Positions 19,823 through 28,934 of a DNA stretch of 64,000 bases are shown here, in pieces. Numbering within the stretch: position 1 is the first letter of the stretch; the number at the start of each line of letters is the position of its first letter. Source of the stretch: Candidatus Bipolaricaulota bacterium (lineage in GTDB: Bacteria > Bipolaricaulota > Bipolaricaulia > RBG-16-55-9 > DRXL01); the NCBI GenBank assembly GCA_938091745.1, contig CALLJK010000015.1:179-64178 (forward strand), given 5' to 3'. The translations under genes were made by a program, and so were the position numbers. Under the pieces are notes generated by a model. The model made no database searches, was not told where the DNA came from, and saw nothing but the letters and a program-made list of their open reading frames with translations.

Positions 19823-20356
19823 TTACGCTTTGTCCTTCTGGGCCTCTTCGTACAGCCGATTCACAAATTCTAAGACCCGTCGTTGATCGATCTCATCGAG
19901 GAGTTCGACTCTTCTGCGGATGCGCTCTGGCAAGCCCACTTCCGCTTCTTTGGCCACCCTCTCTAAGAGCGCCTTTTGCGCAAGACGATGCGCCTTCCAA
20001 TTGGCATCGCGCTCCACGTAGTTCACCTGCCAATTGGGGAGCTTGGCGAGCAATTCATGGACTTGCCTGTTGAGCGGCTCCAGATGCGGCCGTCGAATAC
20101 GATAGAGCCCATTGACTTGGTTGGCCAAGAGTTGACTATCTGTGAAAAAGATAACGCGCTTGGGCGTGTAGGGTATCACAGCTTTGATCGCTTCGATGAG
20201 GGCACGATACTCCGCGACGTTATTGGTCGTGCGCCCAATGTGCTCAGAAATCTCTTTGATAACGTTTCCTTCAGCATCAGCGATGACGATGCCAATAGCA
20301 GCCTCGCCGGGGTTGCCTTGCGAGGCCCCATCTACGTTCACAAAGAGTTTTTCCAT
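19823..20356 (-). CDS. rnhA: Ribonuclease HI family protein (Rv2228c/archaeal-like) with C-terminal helical extension
   Basis: VNVDGASQGNPGEA, TNNVAEYRAL, TDSQLLANQV and NWKAHRLA motifs. Confidence 0.88.
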   Translation of the reverse strand: MEKLFVNVDGASQGNPGEAAIGIVIADAEGNVIKEISEHIGRTTNNVAEYRALIEAIKAVIPYTPKRVIFFTDSQLLANQVNGLYRIRRPHLEPLNRQVHELLAKLPNWQVNYVERDANWKAHRLAQKALLERVAKEAEVGLPERIRRRVELLDEIDQRRVLEFVNRLYEEAQKDKA

Positions 20357-20382
20357 AAACTGAAAAACTTTGAACTGTCTTG

Positions 20383-20455
20383 TGGGCCCGGCAGGATTCG
20401 AACCTGCGACCAACCGGTTATGAGCCGGCCGCTCTGACCCCTGAGCTACGGGCCC
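20383..20455 (-). tRNA. tRNA with CAT anticodon, most likely tRNA-Ile2 (lysidine type); CCA not encoded
   Basis: Cloverleaf GGGCCCG...CGGGCCC-A with anticodon loop CTCATAA, as in Ile2 tRNAs. It has no initiator features (1:72 is paired, no three G-C anticodon-stem pairs). The 3' flank reads CAA. Confidence 0.9.
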
Positions 20456-20510
20456 GCCTTCTTACTTAACTATACTCAAGAATGGCCAGGATCGTCAACT
20501 GCAAAGAGAA

Positions 20511-20535
20511 GCGGCCCCGGAACCCCCGAGGCCGC
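20511..20535 (-). terminator. Probable intrinsic terminator of the YVTN-propeller gene
   Basis: Minus strand GCGGCCTCGG-GGGTT-CCGGGGCCGC followed by TTCTCTTT. Confidence 0.65.
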
Positions 20536-20565
20536 CCCCTCTTCTTACCTTCCTTCAATTTCTTA

Positions 20566-21774
20566 CTACGGACAGCTCTTGACATCCTCTGGCACAGGGT
20601 AGATTAAGATCTCTCCGCGAGCTCCAATGTTCAACACCCACACTTCTTTGGCATCCTCTTTGACAAGGACCTGCACTTGAGTGGGTACGATCGAGTCCCC
20701 TGGCTCCTTAGCCGTGATAGGGAGCATCAAAGACTTTTTCAGATCTGAACTCAAGAAGGAGATGCTAGGGCGGCCTCCCTCGGCGTCATCTACCCCGGTA
20801 TTGGTCACCACAACCCAGCACTTGTTGTCTGTGGTGATCCCGCGTGGCGCGTCACCGACAGTGACTTCTGCCTTGCTCTCCAGCGGATCAAGGGAGAGCT
20901 GGCTGACACTGTCCCCAAGGCTGTTGATCACATAGGCCGTGTTCTCAAGCATGGCCATGGCGCGCGGATACGCTCCGGTATCGACACACGCGCCAAGTTC
21001 AATCTTTTCCTCGCCCTTCTTGACTTTTTCGCTGTCCGCATTGATGTTCTTGAGCTCGCAGACCTTCCAAGTGTCGGTGTTGACGACGAAGGCTCTATTG
21101 CCCACAATGGCGATATCTGCTGGGCTAGGATATGCGGGGTTCTCTTCATCGGGGTCGAGCTTGATCGTCGCGATCACCTCGCCCTTATCAGGAGCTTCGT
21201 TCTTGTACAGAATGTCTACGACGCTGACGGTGTGATCACGTTCATTGACCGTGAAAGCGCGAGTGCCTTCGGCGTTGACGGCGACGGCGCGTGGACCTGC
21301 TCCCACCGCGACTTTCTTAGCCGCTTTGGCTTCCGCAGGATTGCCATCCTTATCAAAAGTAACTTGTGATACGTAGAGCGTATCGTCGTCATAGCCGGGT
21401 ATGAAGAGCACTTTCTTCGCCTCGTTGTATGCTAAATCTTGTGGGTTGATATTCCCGCGAACCTGGGCTAGGCAAATCTCGCCAGCGATGGGGCAGCCGC
21501 GGACCTTCTTGCCGTAAAACTTCGTGACATCGGCTGTGTTCGCTCCCACGAGGAAGACTGAGCTCTCGCGCCCGACGCTGACGGAGACAAAGACAAATTT
21601 CCCATCCGCAGTGAAGACGAAGCCGTTGACCTTAGATCCGCCAAGATCAAGCTTGTTCAAGGGATTAAGCTCTTGTTGCTCTTGTGCGCTCACTAGGGGC
21701 AAGTTGGACGACGCGGTAAAGAGCAACGCAGCCAGGCCCACCACGATTGCCAAAGCTTTATATGTGGAAGACAT
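20566..21774 (-). CDS. Secreted YVTN/YncE-type beta-propeller protein
   Basis: Signal peptide, then repeats VAVGAGPRAVAV...FTVNERDHTVSVVD, DTGAYPRAMAM...YVINSLGDSVS and VTVGDAPRGI. Confidence 0.85.
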   Translation of the reverse strand: MSSTYKALAIVVGLAALLFTASSNLPLVSAQEQQELNPLNKLDLGGSKVNGFVFTADGKFVFVSVSVGRESSVFLVGANTADVTKFYGKKVRGCPIAGEICLAQVRGNINPQDLAYNEAKKVLFIPGYDDDTLYVSQVTFDKDGNPAEAKAAKKVAVGAGPRAVAVNAEGTRAFTVNERDHTVSVVDILYKNEAPDKGEVIATIKLDPDEENPAYPSPADIAIVGNRAFVVNTDTWKVCELKNINADSEKVKKGEEKIELGACVDTGAYPRAMAMLENTAYVINSLGDSVSQLSLDPLESKAEVTVGDAPRGITTDNKCWVVVTNTGVDDAEGGRPSISFLSSDLKKSLMLPITAKEPGDSIVPTQVQVLVKEDAKEVWVLNIGARGEILIYPVPEDVKSCP

Positions 21775-21910
21775 ATAAGGGAACCTCCTTTTGCATAGAG
21801 ATATAAACCACGCTTATTCCCCCGCCAAGTAATATATTCTTTTCTCTCCCGCCATCACCTCCTCACTGAGAGCTGATAAGGTGAGAGCACCTCTTAACGC
21901 TGCTTCTTAA

Positions 21911-21940
21911 AGATTAGCACGAAAGGGTGATATTTGTCAA
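21911..21940 (-). promoter_or_regulatory. Probable promoter of the YVTN-propeller gene, giving a ~130-nt leader
   Basis: TTGACA-18 nt-TAATCT with TG upstream of the -10 box. Confidence 0.55.
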
Positions 21941-21994
21941 GCAGCCCCCATCCCCGGTGGACATCCGTGCCCAAAGATGATACAATTTCTCCCG

Positions 21995-23245
21995 ATGCGC
22001 AGAGATGCTCGAACACGACAGCTTGCTTTAGCACTCATAGGTAGCCTTGTGCTCTTGCTAGGGACAGGAGCCCTCAGCAACCCTAGTGTGAAGTTCCACC
22101 AGGGTCAGTCTATTCTCATTGGCTCAGGCACGACGGCTATCGCCCTGGGCGATGTCAACCGCGATGGATTGCTTGATCTCATAACTTCAACTCTGCTTGT
22201 TACAGACGAAGAGAAAGATATCAAGAGGCTTTATGTCGCCATTGCTCTTGGGAGCCCACAACAGACCTTCTCTGCCCCACAATTAGTAGAATTTAACTCG
22301 GTCAAGGTCGACGATACTGTCAAGGTCCCCCGCGGCAAGGTCTTAGCCCTTGGTGATCTCAATGGAGACGGGTTTCTCGATGTCGTGCTCGCTTATCCCA
22401 CAGGGGGCAGCTTCTGGGTGCTCTGGGGAGATGAGCAGGGCTTGCTCCGACCAGCGTCGAGCCGCGATCTCCCCCGCAGCCTGCGCGATGTCAGCTCTGT
22501 CGCTATAGCCGACTTCACCAATGACGGTCGTCTCGATATTATTTGCACAAATCTCCAAGGGAGCGTCTACGTCTTTATCAATAATGGGACAGCACAGATA
22601 GATCGGTGGAGCATGCGCGAGACGTTTGTCGGCGGGAGCATCCAATCCCTGGCCGTCAGCGATCTCAATCGCGACGGCAAGCTGGACGCCGTCGTCAGCA
22701 GCATTGGCCGAGCTGCTACTTTGCTTGGGGATAACGCGGGAAACTTTGTCATCGCGCAGCGCTTGGCAGCCGGACTCTATAGTGGGGATTCGCCGGCGTG
22801 GATCGAGATCGCTGATATCAACAACGACACGTTCGGAGATTTAGTGACAGCCAATCCCGAGAGCGATCGCCTCTTAGTTTTCGCTGGAGACGGCCAAGGG
22901 AAGTTTGACGAGCCGCAAGGACTGCCCACAGGGGGTCTAGACCCACGAGCCGTGATCGTGGGCGATTTTAACGGCGATGGCTGGCTCGATCTTGCCGCAG
23001 CGAACTCGGCAAGCAACACCGTGACGGTGCATTTCAACGATGGCCTTGGTGGATTTGGCTCAAAGATCTTGGTTGATCCCCCTCGCGGCAAGCCTATAGA
23101 GCCGAACAAAGCGATCACTATCGCTGTAGGCTCGCTCCCGGTGAGCATTGTCGCTGGAGATTTCGACAGAGACGGTGATCCTGACTTAGCTGTCGTCAAT
23201 CAAGGGGATGGCTCTGTCTCAGTGCTCATGAACGAACGCCGCTAG
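21995..23245 (+). CDS. Secreted FG-GAP/VCBS-repeat beta-propeller protein
   Basis: Signal peptide and six repeats of type GDxNxDGxxD (GDVNRDGLLD, GDLNGDGFLD, ADFTNDGRLD, SDLNRDGKLD, GDFNGDGWLD, GDFDRDGDPD) plus one variant (ADINNDTFGD). Confidence 0.92.
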   Translation: MRRDARTRQLALALIGSLVLLLGTGALSNPSVKFHQGQSILIGSGTTAIALGDVNRDGLLDLITSTLLVTDEEKDIKRLYVAIALGSPQQTFSAPQLVEFNSVKVDDTVKVPRGKVLALGDLNGDGFLDVVLAYPTGGSFWVLWGDEQGLLRPASSRDLPRSLRDVSSVAIADFTNDGRLDIICTNLQGSVYVFINNGTAQIDRWSMRETFVGGSIQSLAVSDLNRDGKLDAVVSSIGRAATLLGDNAGNFVIAQRLAAGLYSGDSPAWIEIADINNDTFGDLVTANPESDRLLVFAGDGQGKFDEPQGLPTGGLDPRAVIVGDFNGDGWLDLAAANSASNTVTVHFNDGLGGFGSKILVDPPRGKPIEPNKAITIAVGSLPVSIVAGDFDRDGDPDLAVVNQGDGSVSVLMNERR

Positions 23246-23348
23246 GGAATGGGGAAAAGAGGGGTCAAGGCCAAAGAAAGCCTGATAGAACGAAGCTTTT
23301 CGTGCATACGTAGCTTGAAGCTGTCAGGATTTCGCAAGGGAGCATATA

Positions 23349-23810
23349 ATGGAGATCCGGATTGAGTTGGCGCGTTTAGCATACGCTGAGAATATCTTGC
23401 GGTGCACCAACGAACCTCCGGAGATGGTGGAAGATTTGCTCTCGCTAGACGGTGAGCTGGAGAAGGCACGTCGCTGGTTTGTCTTTGCTGAAGCGAAGCG
23501 ACGTTTTGATCCTAATGTCGTGCGTGGGCTGTTGGTCTATCTGTTTAGTCACTATGCGAGCTCAGAGTTCGACCCACGCAAGCGCGAGCAACTCGTGCGC
23601 GAGATCAATGAAGGGCGGGTCCGTATGCGCGATCTGACTATAGAACGTCTCGCCGGCACGCGGCTCAGTTGGGAGCATATCTTTCGCCTAGTGGGCCGTC
23701 AATTCAATCCCACCCGCGAGAAAGAGAAGATCAAAGAGCTCTATACCCAGCTCTACGCTTCGGCTTCCGCGACGACCATCCCTCGCACGGAGGTGTCGTA
23801 TGGACACTAA
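23349..23810 (+). CDS. Hypothetical cytoplasmic protein, possibly a highly divergent ECF-sigma-like regulator
   Basis: Good ORF coupled to the downstream zinc-finger membrane protein. It has weak resemblance to sigma region 2 (LARLAY...EMVEDLL) and region 4 (LSWEHIFRLVG). Confidence 0.5.
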   Translation: MEIRIELARLAYAENILRCTNEPPEMVEDLLSLDGELEKARRWFVFAEAKRRFDPNVVRGLLVYLFSHYASSEFDPRKREQLVREINEGRVRMRDLTIERLAGTRLSWEHIFRLVGRQFNPTREKEKIKELYTQLYASASATTIPRTEVSYGH

Positions 23811-24363
23811 TTATACTCCTCTCCCCGAGGACGAACTGAATAGGGAAGAGCTTGCTGAGTTTGCCGAGCTCTTTAAGGACTTGAAGCTTCTGGAGTACTC
23901 GGATCATCCTAGCGAAGAGATCTTACGAGCTTATGTAGCGAATAGACTGTTAGAGAGCCCTGGGGCAGGGCGTGTGGGGGCCACCTTCCGCGATGAGCAA
24001 GCGTTTAAGAAGTTCTTGAGTGGACGTGTCCCACGCTGGACGCGCTCCGACGTCGCCATACACGTCTTGACATGTGCCCGTTGTCAAGAGCGCGTGGCGT
24101 ATCTACGGGCACGCCGCTGGAGTTTGCTCAGCTCGGCTCGCCAGCAACCCAAAGAAGAACAGAGTTGGTGGCGGCGTTTTGCGTGGGGAGCTGTAGGGGT
24201 TGCGGCTGCTGCAGCGATCATCGCTGCTCTCTGGCTCTGGCCTTCCAACCCACCATCACCAATGTGCTGGATCGAACAACCATGTTGGACTCAGGTCGTG
24301 CAAGACAGCCCTATGAAAGGCAGCATCATGGTGGTGTATCGTACATCACCAGGGAGATTCTAA
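23800..24363 (+). CDS. Zinc-finger (zf-HC2/ZAS-like) anti-sigma-like membrane protein
   Basis: HPSEEILRAYV...HVLTCARCQERV (HxxxCxxC), then a single TM helix (WWRRFAWGAVGVAAAAAIIAALWLW) and a short external tail. Confidence 0.7.
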   Translation: MDTNYTPLPEDELNREELAEFAELFKDLKLLEYSDHPSEEILRAYVANRLLESPGAGRVGATFRDEQAFKKFLSGRVPRWTRSDVAIHVLTCARCQERVAYLRARRWSLLSSARQQPKEEQSWWRRFAWGAVGVAAAAAIIAALWLWPSNPPSPMCWIEQPCWTQVVQDSPMKGSIMVVYRTSPGRF

Positions 24364-24453
24364 AGGAGGTGGTGTCAATTCATGGGGGATAGCGTCTAAG
24401 CGTTCTCTTCAGAAAGCCAAGACAAATCTAGCACAGACAAGGGAGGTTGTGAA

Positions 24454-26451
24454 ATGTTTAAGCATATTAAAGTGATTGCCGTAGTGGCTCTCCTTGCACT
24501 CTTCATCGGAGCTGTGCTCTCGAGTCAGCCGAATTCGGTCGTACAAGCCCAAGCTCAGAAGATCTACAAGCTTGCGATCTTCGAGGATCTGACGAGCTTG
24601 AACAGCTTAGCCGTGCTTGGGCCGAAGTCAACAGTCTGGAATTTCTACGTGCGGCTCAACGGCTGGGGTCCGTCTCTCTTTGGGTTCTCGGACAAGTTCT
24701 ATGACTATATCCCGGGAATCGCCGATGCCAGCACCGAGGAAGAAGCGAATAAGATGAAGACCATCGGTGCAGACAAGACGGCGACGATTAAGATCAAGAA
24801 GGGCATCAAGTGGTTCGATCCTAAGACCGGCAAAGAGATCGGTGAGCTGACCGCTGAAGATATCGCATTCAGCTTCAACGCGATCATGGGCAAGAACGTC
24901 AAGGGCGAGCCGGCTTACAAGGGCATCGACCCGGTGAAGCTCGGTGGCAACTGGCCGGGTATTATTAACCCAGACTTCTTTGATCGCGCCGAAGTCGTAG
25001 ATAAATACACGGTGAAGTTCTATCTGAAGGCCCAATGCAGCTACGACGGCTGGGACGAGGGCTTGCTCTTTGCGCCCATCTTCAGCAAGGCCTACTGGGA
25101 GCCGAAGTTTGAAGCAGCCGCCAAGGCCGCTGACCCCGTCAAGGCCCTCTATGAGCACAAGGGCGACGATGAGCCCGTAGCGGGCGCTTGGCTCTTCCAG
25201 AAGTGGGAGCCCGGGGCCTTCGCTGAGTCGACAGCGAACAAGAATCACTACTTCTACAGGGCTAAGAGCGTCCGGCCCTATGCCGGCGGCTACACCGAAG
25301 AGAAGCCCGGCGTCTATAAGTACACCCACACGACCAAGACGGCCTTCAGCTATGATGGCGATCAGGGCTCGGCTATTCTCGACAAGGATAAGCCCACGGT
25401 GCGCTTGGAGCTGACCTCTGGTCCGTTCGTCGATGCGACGCAGTGGCGCATCTACGGCGATCAAGCGACAGCTGTGGCCGCGCTCATCAAGGGCGATGTG
25501 CACTTCATGCTCAACCCCTTGGGCGTACAAGCGGGCTTCCGCAAGCAGCTCAGGGAGACCAAGGGCATAGGCATTGCGGAGAACGCTGGCAACGGCTTGT
25601 ACTATATGTCATTCAACCTGCGCCGCGAGCCCTTCAATGTGAAAGAGTTCCGCCAGGCGGTCTCGATCATGATCGACCGCGAGTTTGTGACGCAGCAACT
25701 CCTAGCAGGCCTGGCTATCCCGACCTACTCCATCGTGCCGTTGGCCAACGCCGCGTGGTACAATCCCAACATCAAGACCTACGGCAAGGGCCTGAAAGAA
25801 GCGGAGAAGGCCGAGATGGCCATCAAGCTCCTCAAGCAGGCCGGCTTCAGCTGGGAGGTCGAGCCCAAGGTGGACATCCCCAACAACAAGGTCACCCCAG
25901 GGCGCGGCCTCAAGTATAAGGGCAAGGCCGTAGCCCCCTTCGAGCTGTTGGCGCCGCACCAGGGTTATGATCCCTTGCGCGCCACGTTCGCTCTGCACAT
26001 CGAGGAGCGGCTCAACAAGATCGGCATCCCCGTTAAAGTCAACCTGACGGGCTTTAACACGATCGTCAGCCGCGTCTTCGACGAGCAGAAGTTCGACGCG
26101 TGGATCCTGGGGTGGGGCTTGGGCGGCATGTTCCCCAGCTACCTCGCGACCTTCTTCCATAGCGAGAACTCCGGGCTGGGCGGCCAGAACCCCCAAGGGT
26201 ACAACAACCCGGAGTTCGACAAGCTCGCCGACGAGTTCCGCGCGGCCTGTGAACCAGCCAAGCTGAAAGAGCTGGCGTTCAAGATGCAGGAGATGCTCTC
26301 GGAAGAGCTACCGTATGTGCCGCTCTTCAACGCCCCGCTCTTTGAGGCGTTCCGCGCTGATGCCTTCGTGGGCGATCACATGCCCTATGAAAAAGTCTTC
26401 GATGGCATCCAGGGCACCAACGGCCTCATGAGTTACGTCCAGCTCAAGTAG
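24454..26451 (+). CDS. Peptide ABC transporter substrate-binding protein (family 5)
   Basis: Signal peptide; YMSFNLRREPFNVKEFRQAVSIMIDR, YNNPEFDKL and ELPYVPLF motifs. Confidence 0.92.
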   Translation: MFKHIKVIAVVALLALFIGAVLSSQPNSVVQAQAQKIYKLAIFEDLTSLNSLAVLGPKSTVWNFYVRLNGWGPSLFGFSDKFYDYIPGIADASTEEEANKMKTIGADKTATIKIKKGIKWFDPKTGKEIGELTAEDIAFSFNAIMGKNVKGEPAYKGIDPVKLGGNWPGIINPDFFDRAEVVDKYTVKFYLKAQCSYDGWDEGLLFAPIFSKAYWEPKFEAAAKAADPVKALYEHKGDDEPVAGAWLFQKWEPGAFAESTANKNHYFYRAKSVRPYAGGYTEEKPGVYKYTHTTKTAFSYDGDQGSAILDKDKPTVRLELTSGPFVDATQWRIYGDQATAVAALIKGDVHFMLNPLGVQAGFRKQLRETKGIGIAENAGNGLYYMSFNLRREPFNVKEFRQAVSIMIDREFVTQQLLAGLAIPTYSIVPLANAAWYNPNIKTYGKGLKEAEKAEMAIKLLKQAGFSWEVEPKVDIPNNKVTPGRGLKYKGKAVAPFELLAPHQGYDPLRATFALHIEERLNKIGIPVKVNLTGFNTIVSRVFDEQKFDAWILGWGLGGMFPSYLATFFHSENSGLGGQNPQGYNNPEFDKLADEFRAACEPAKLKELAFKMQEMLSEELPYVPLFNAPLFEAFRADAFVGDHMPYEKVFDGIQGTNGLMSYVQLK

Positions 26452-26460
26452 CGGAGTCCT

Positions 26461-26498
26461 TCTGGGGGTGAGGGCCCCACTAAGCCCTCACCCCCAGA
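26461..26498. repeat. Perfect 15-bp intergenic hairpin built from the palindrome-family outer arms
   Basis: TCTGGGGGTGAGGGC-CCCACTAA-GCCCTCACCCCCAGA between the binding-protein and permease genes. Confidence 0.85.
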
Positions 26499-26534
26499 AC
26501 CTTTCCTACATGCCCAAAAGGAGCGCGAAGTCCT

Positions 26535-27881
26535 ATGAAACGTATTTGGCAGACTCTGACCAGCGGCATGAGCAAATTCATCATCGTGCGCCTTTTGCAG
26601 ATCATCCTCGTGCTCTATCTCTATATGACGCTGGTCTTCATTATCTTGGAGGCCCAGCCCGGCGATATTACCGACATCTACACAGCCAACCCAAAGATCA
26701 CCCCGGAGGCCAAAGAGGCGATTGTGAAGCAACTTGGTTTGAATAAACCCATCTACGAACGCTATTTGAATTATTTGCGGAACTTCGTCACCGGACATCT
26801 TGGGTGCTCGTTCAAGTGGGGCAACATCAGAGATGTCCCCGATCCGGTCTGCCGCGAGCAGCGCCCGACATGGGACTTAATCAGAGAGCGCTTACCACGA
26901 ACTATTGTGCTCTTCTTGACGTATACAATTGTCTCGTTCTACATTGGCTTCTTCTTGGGGAAGCTGATCGCCTGGCGCCGCGGTGCGATCATCGAATATT
27001 TCTCGACCGTTGTAGGCGTTGTGCTCTTTACAGTATTCACGCCTTGGTTTGCCTTGCTGCTCGTTTGGCTCTTTGCTGTGAACCTCGGCGTCGTCCCCAT
27101 CGGGGGATTTATCAATCCTGATAGCTGGACGAACATCCGTCAGATTGGGTCAGTCGATTGCAGCATCGGGATTAGCTGTTCGAATATCGTCTTTAATCAT
27201 ATGTTGCTGTGGCTAGGGGGATTAACGCTCTTCTGGGGCATTGTCTATCTGTGGAGCCGGCGCTTCCCCTATCCATGGCAGAGGAACACAGCGCGTTGGG
27301 GAGCTGTTGCTTTGGGTTTAGTCTTGGCAGGGCTCTTCTTTGGCGGCGGCTGGCTCGGCGAGATCGATCGTGTCGTATTGGCGCGCGATACGAAGTTTGA
27401 GTTCTTTGTGTGGCACTTTGAGTTTCCCGCCGGGACGATCCCGCTCTTCCCCTTGGCTCTTGACTTCGTGCAGCACATGGTCCTGCCCATCCTGACGCTG
27501 ACGCTGATCTCATTTGCAGGCACAATGTTGTTAATGAGAAATACGATGCTGGAGACGATGCGCGAAGACTACGTGATGGCCGCCAAGGCCAAGGGCTTAC
27601 CTGATCACGTCGTGCGCGATAAGCACGCGGCACGCAATGCCTTGCTCCCGGTCGTGACAAGCCTGATCTTCGCTATCGCGTTCTCCGTCGACGGGGGAGT
27701 GTTCACCGAGACGATCTTCTCCTGGCCGGGAATGGGACAGCTCTTGCTGCTGAGCGCCCTCGAGCAAGATTACCCTGTAGCCATCGGCTCGCTGGTCTTC
27801 ACGGGTATTTTCGCGTTGGTCGCTCACGTTATCGCTGATATTCTCTATGCATTCTTGGATCCGCGCATCCGCTATGATTAA
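26535..27881 (+). CDS. Peptide ABC transporter permease (OppB-like) with extra internal segment
   Basis: QLGLNKPIYERY, EDYVMAAKAKGL and DILYAFLDPRIRY; ~100-aa insertion with two more hydrophobic helices. Confidence 0.92.
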   Translation: MKRIWQTLTSGMSKFIIVRLLQIILVLYLYMTLVFIILEAQPGDITDIYTANPKITPEAKEAIVKQLGLNKPIYERYLNYLRNFVTGHLGCSFKWGNIRDVPDPVCREQRPTWDLIRERLPRTIVLFLTYTIVSFYIGFFLGKLIAWRRGAIIEYFSTVVGVVLFTVFTPWFALLLVWLFAVNLGVVPIGGFINPDSWTNIRQIGSVDCSIGISCSNIVFNHMLLWLGGLTLFWGIVYLWSRRFPYPWQRNTARWGAVALGLVLAGLFFGGGWLGEIDRVVLARDTKFEFFVWHFEFPAGTIPLFPLALDFVQHMVLPILTLTLISFAGTMLLMRNTMLETMREDYVMAAKAKGLPDHVVRDKHAARNALLPVVTSLIFAIAFSVDGGVFTETIFSWPGMGQLLLLSALEQDYPVAIGSLVFTGIFALVAHVIADILYAFLDPRIRYD

Positions 27882-27901
27882 CGAGCACGAAGGGAGAACC
27901 T

Positions 27902-28930
27902 ATGCAAGCCGCTCCAACATTTAAGCCGGCAGAAGCGATCTGGCGCGTGCGCCTCCAGCTCTTCTGGAGGGGGCTCAAGGGCAGTTGGGCCATGTTCACC
28001 GAGAGCAAGATCGGCTTGACCGGCTTAGGGATTATCATATTCTTTGCGCTCTTTGGGGCACTCTGGCCGGCCTACCCGTGGCTGATGGAACGGCTGGCCT
28101 GGACCCCGGAAGAGCTGGAAGCTGCCCGTAATGTTCCCTACGGGGCTATCAGTAGTATCTATCAAGTCTATGATCCAGTGACGGGGTATGACCCGCTTAT
28201 TCCGGGGATAGAGAATCCGACGCCTCCTTCACGGCGCCATCCTTTAGGGACAAATCAATTTGGCCGTGATATCTTAGCGCAACTGATGGCGAGCACCGGC
28301 TCAGAGTTCATGCTCGGCGTCCTAGCCGCGCTCATCACGGTCTTCATCGGCACGTTCATCGGCGCAATCACTGCGTATTATGGGGGCTTTGTCGATACGT
28401 TCTTCATGCGCGTGGCCGACGTCTTCATTCTCTTCCCGTTGGTCTCGTTCTTGATTGTGCTCGGCTCGATGATCGAGCTGACGCTCATCAAGCTTGCATT
28501 TGTCCTAGGAATTCTCTACGGCTTCGGTCAGATCACAGTCATTTTGAAGTCCCAAGCTTTGGCCGTCAAGGTCAAGCCCTACATTGAAGCGGCCAAGGTT
28601 GCTGGAGGCGGGCACTTCCACGTGATCTTCCGCCATATCATTCCCAATCTGTTACCGTTGTCGTTTTTATATATGATGTTCAACGTCACGGGAGCGATCT
28701 TCTCAGAAGCCGCTCTGTCGTTCTTTGGGCTGCTCCCGGGGATTAAAGTGAGCTGGGGCATCATGATTGACTCGGCTCACAGCGGCGGCTATATCTTAGG
28801 AGGACGCTCCTTCCAGAACTGGTGGCTATGGATGCCCCCAGGGATCGCGATCACTCTGCTCTGTTCGGCGTTCTATCTTGTAGGCCGCGGTCTCGATGAA
28901 GTCGTGAATCCGCGCCTACGCAAGAGGTGA
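27902..28930 (+). CDS. Peptide ABC transporter permease (OppC-like)
   Basis: HPLGTNQFGRDIL, YIEAAKVAGG...RHIIPN and GLDEVVNPRLR. Confidence 0.93.
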   Translation: MQAAPTFKPAEAIWRVRLQLFWRGLKGSWAMFTESKIGLTGLGIIIFFALFGALWPAYPWLMERLAWTPEELEAARNVPYGAISSIYQVYDPVTGYDPLIPGIENPTPPSRRHPLGTNQFGRDILAQLMASTGSEFMLGVLAALITVFIGTFIGAITAYYGGFVDTFFMRVADVFILFPLVSFLIVLGSMIELTLIKLAFVLGILYGFGQITVILKSQALAVKVKPYIEAAKVAGGGHFHVIFRHIIPNLLPLSFLYMMFNVTGAIFSEAALSFFGLLPGIKVSWGIMIDSAHSGGYILGGRSFQNWWLWMPPGIAITLLCSAFYLVGRGLDEVVNPRLRKR

Positions 28931-28934
28931 GAGC

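Noticed and set aside
20383-20455. tRNA-Met assignment for the CAT tRNA
   Set aside because: It lacks initiator determinants, and the CTCATAA loop and stems fit Ile2 better. Not fully excluded without tRNAscan isotype models.
24628-25530. Long antisense or alternate-frame ORFs (also 49725-50705, 5227-5880, 1417-2058)
   Set aside because: They overlap well-supported genes, have no recognisable motifs, and are expected from the strong third-position codon bias.
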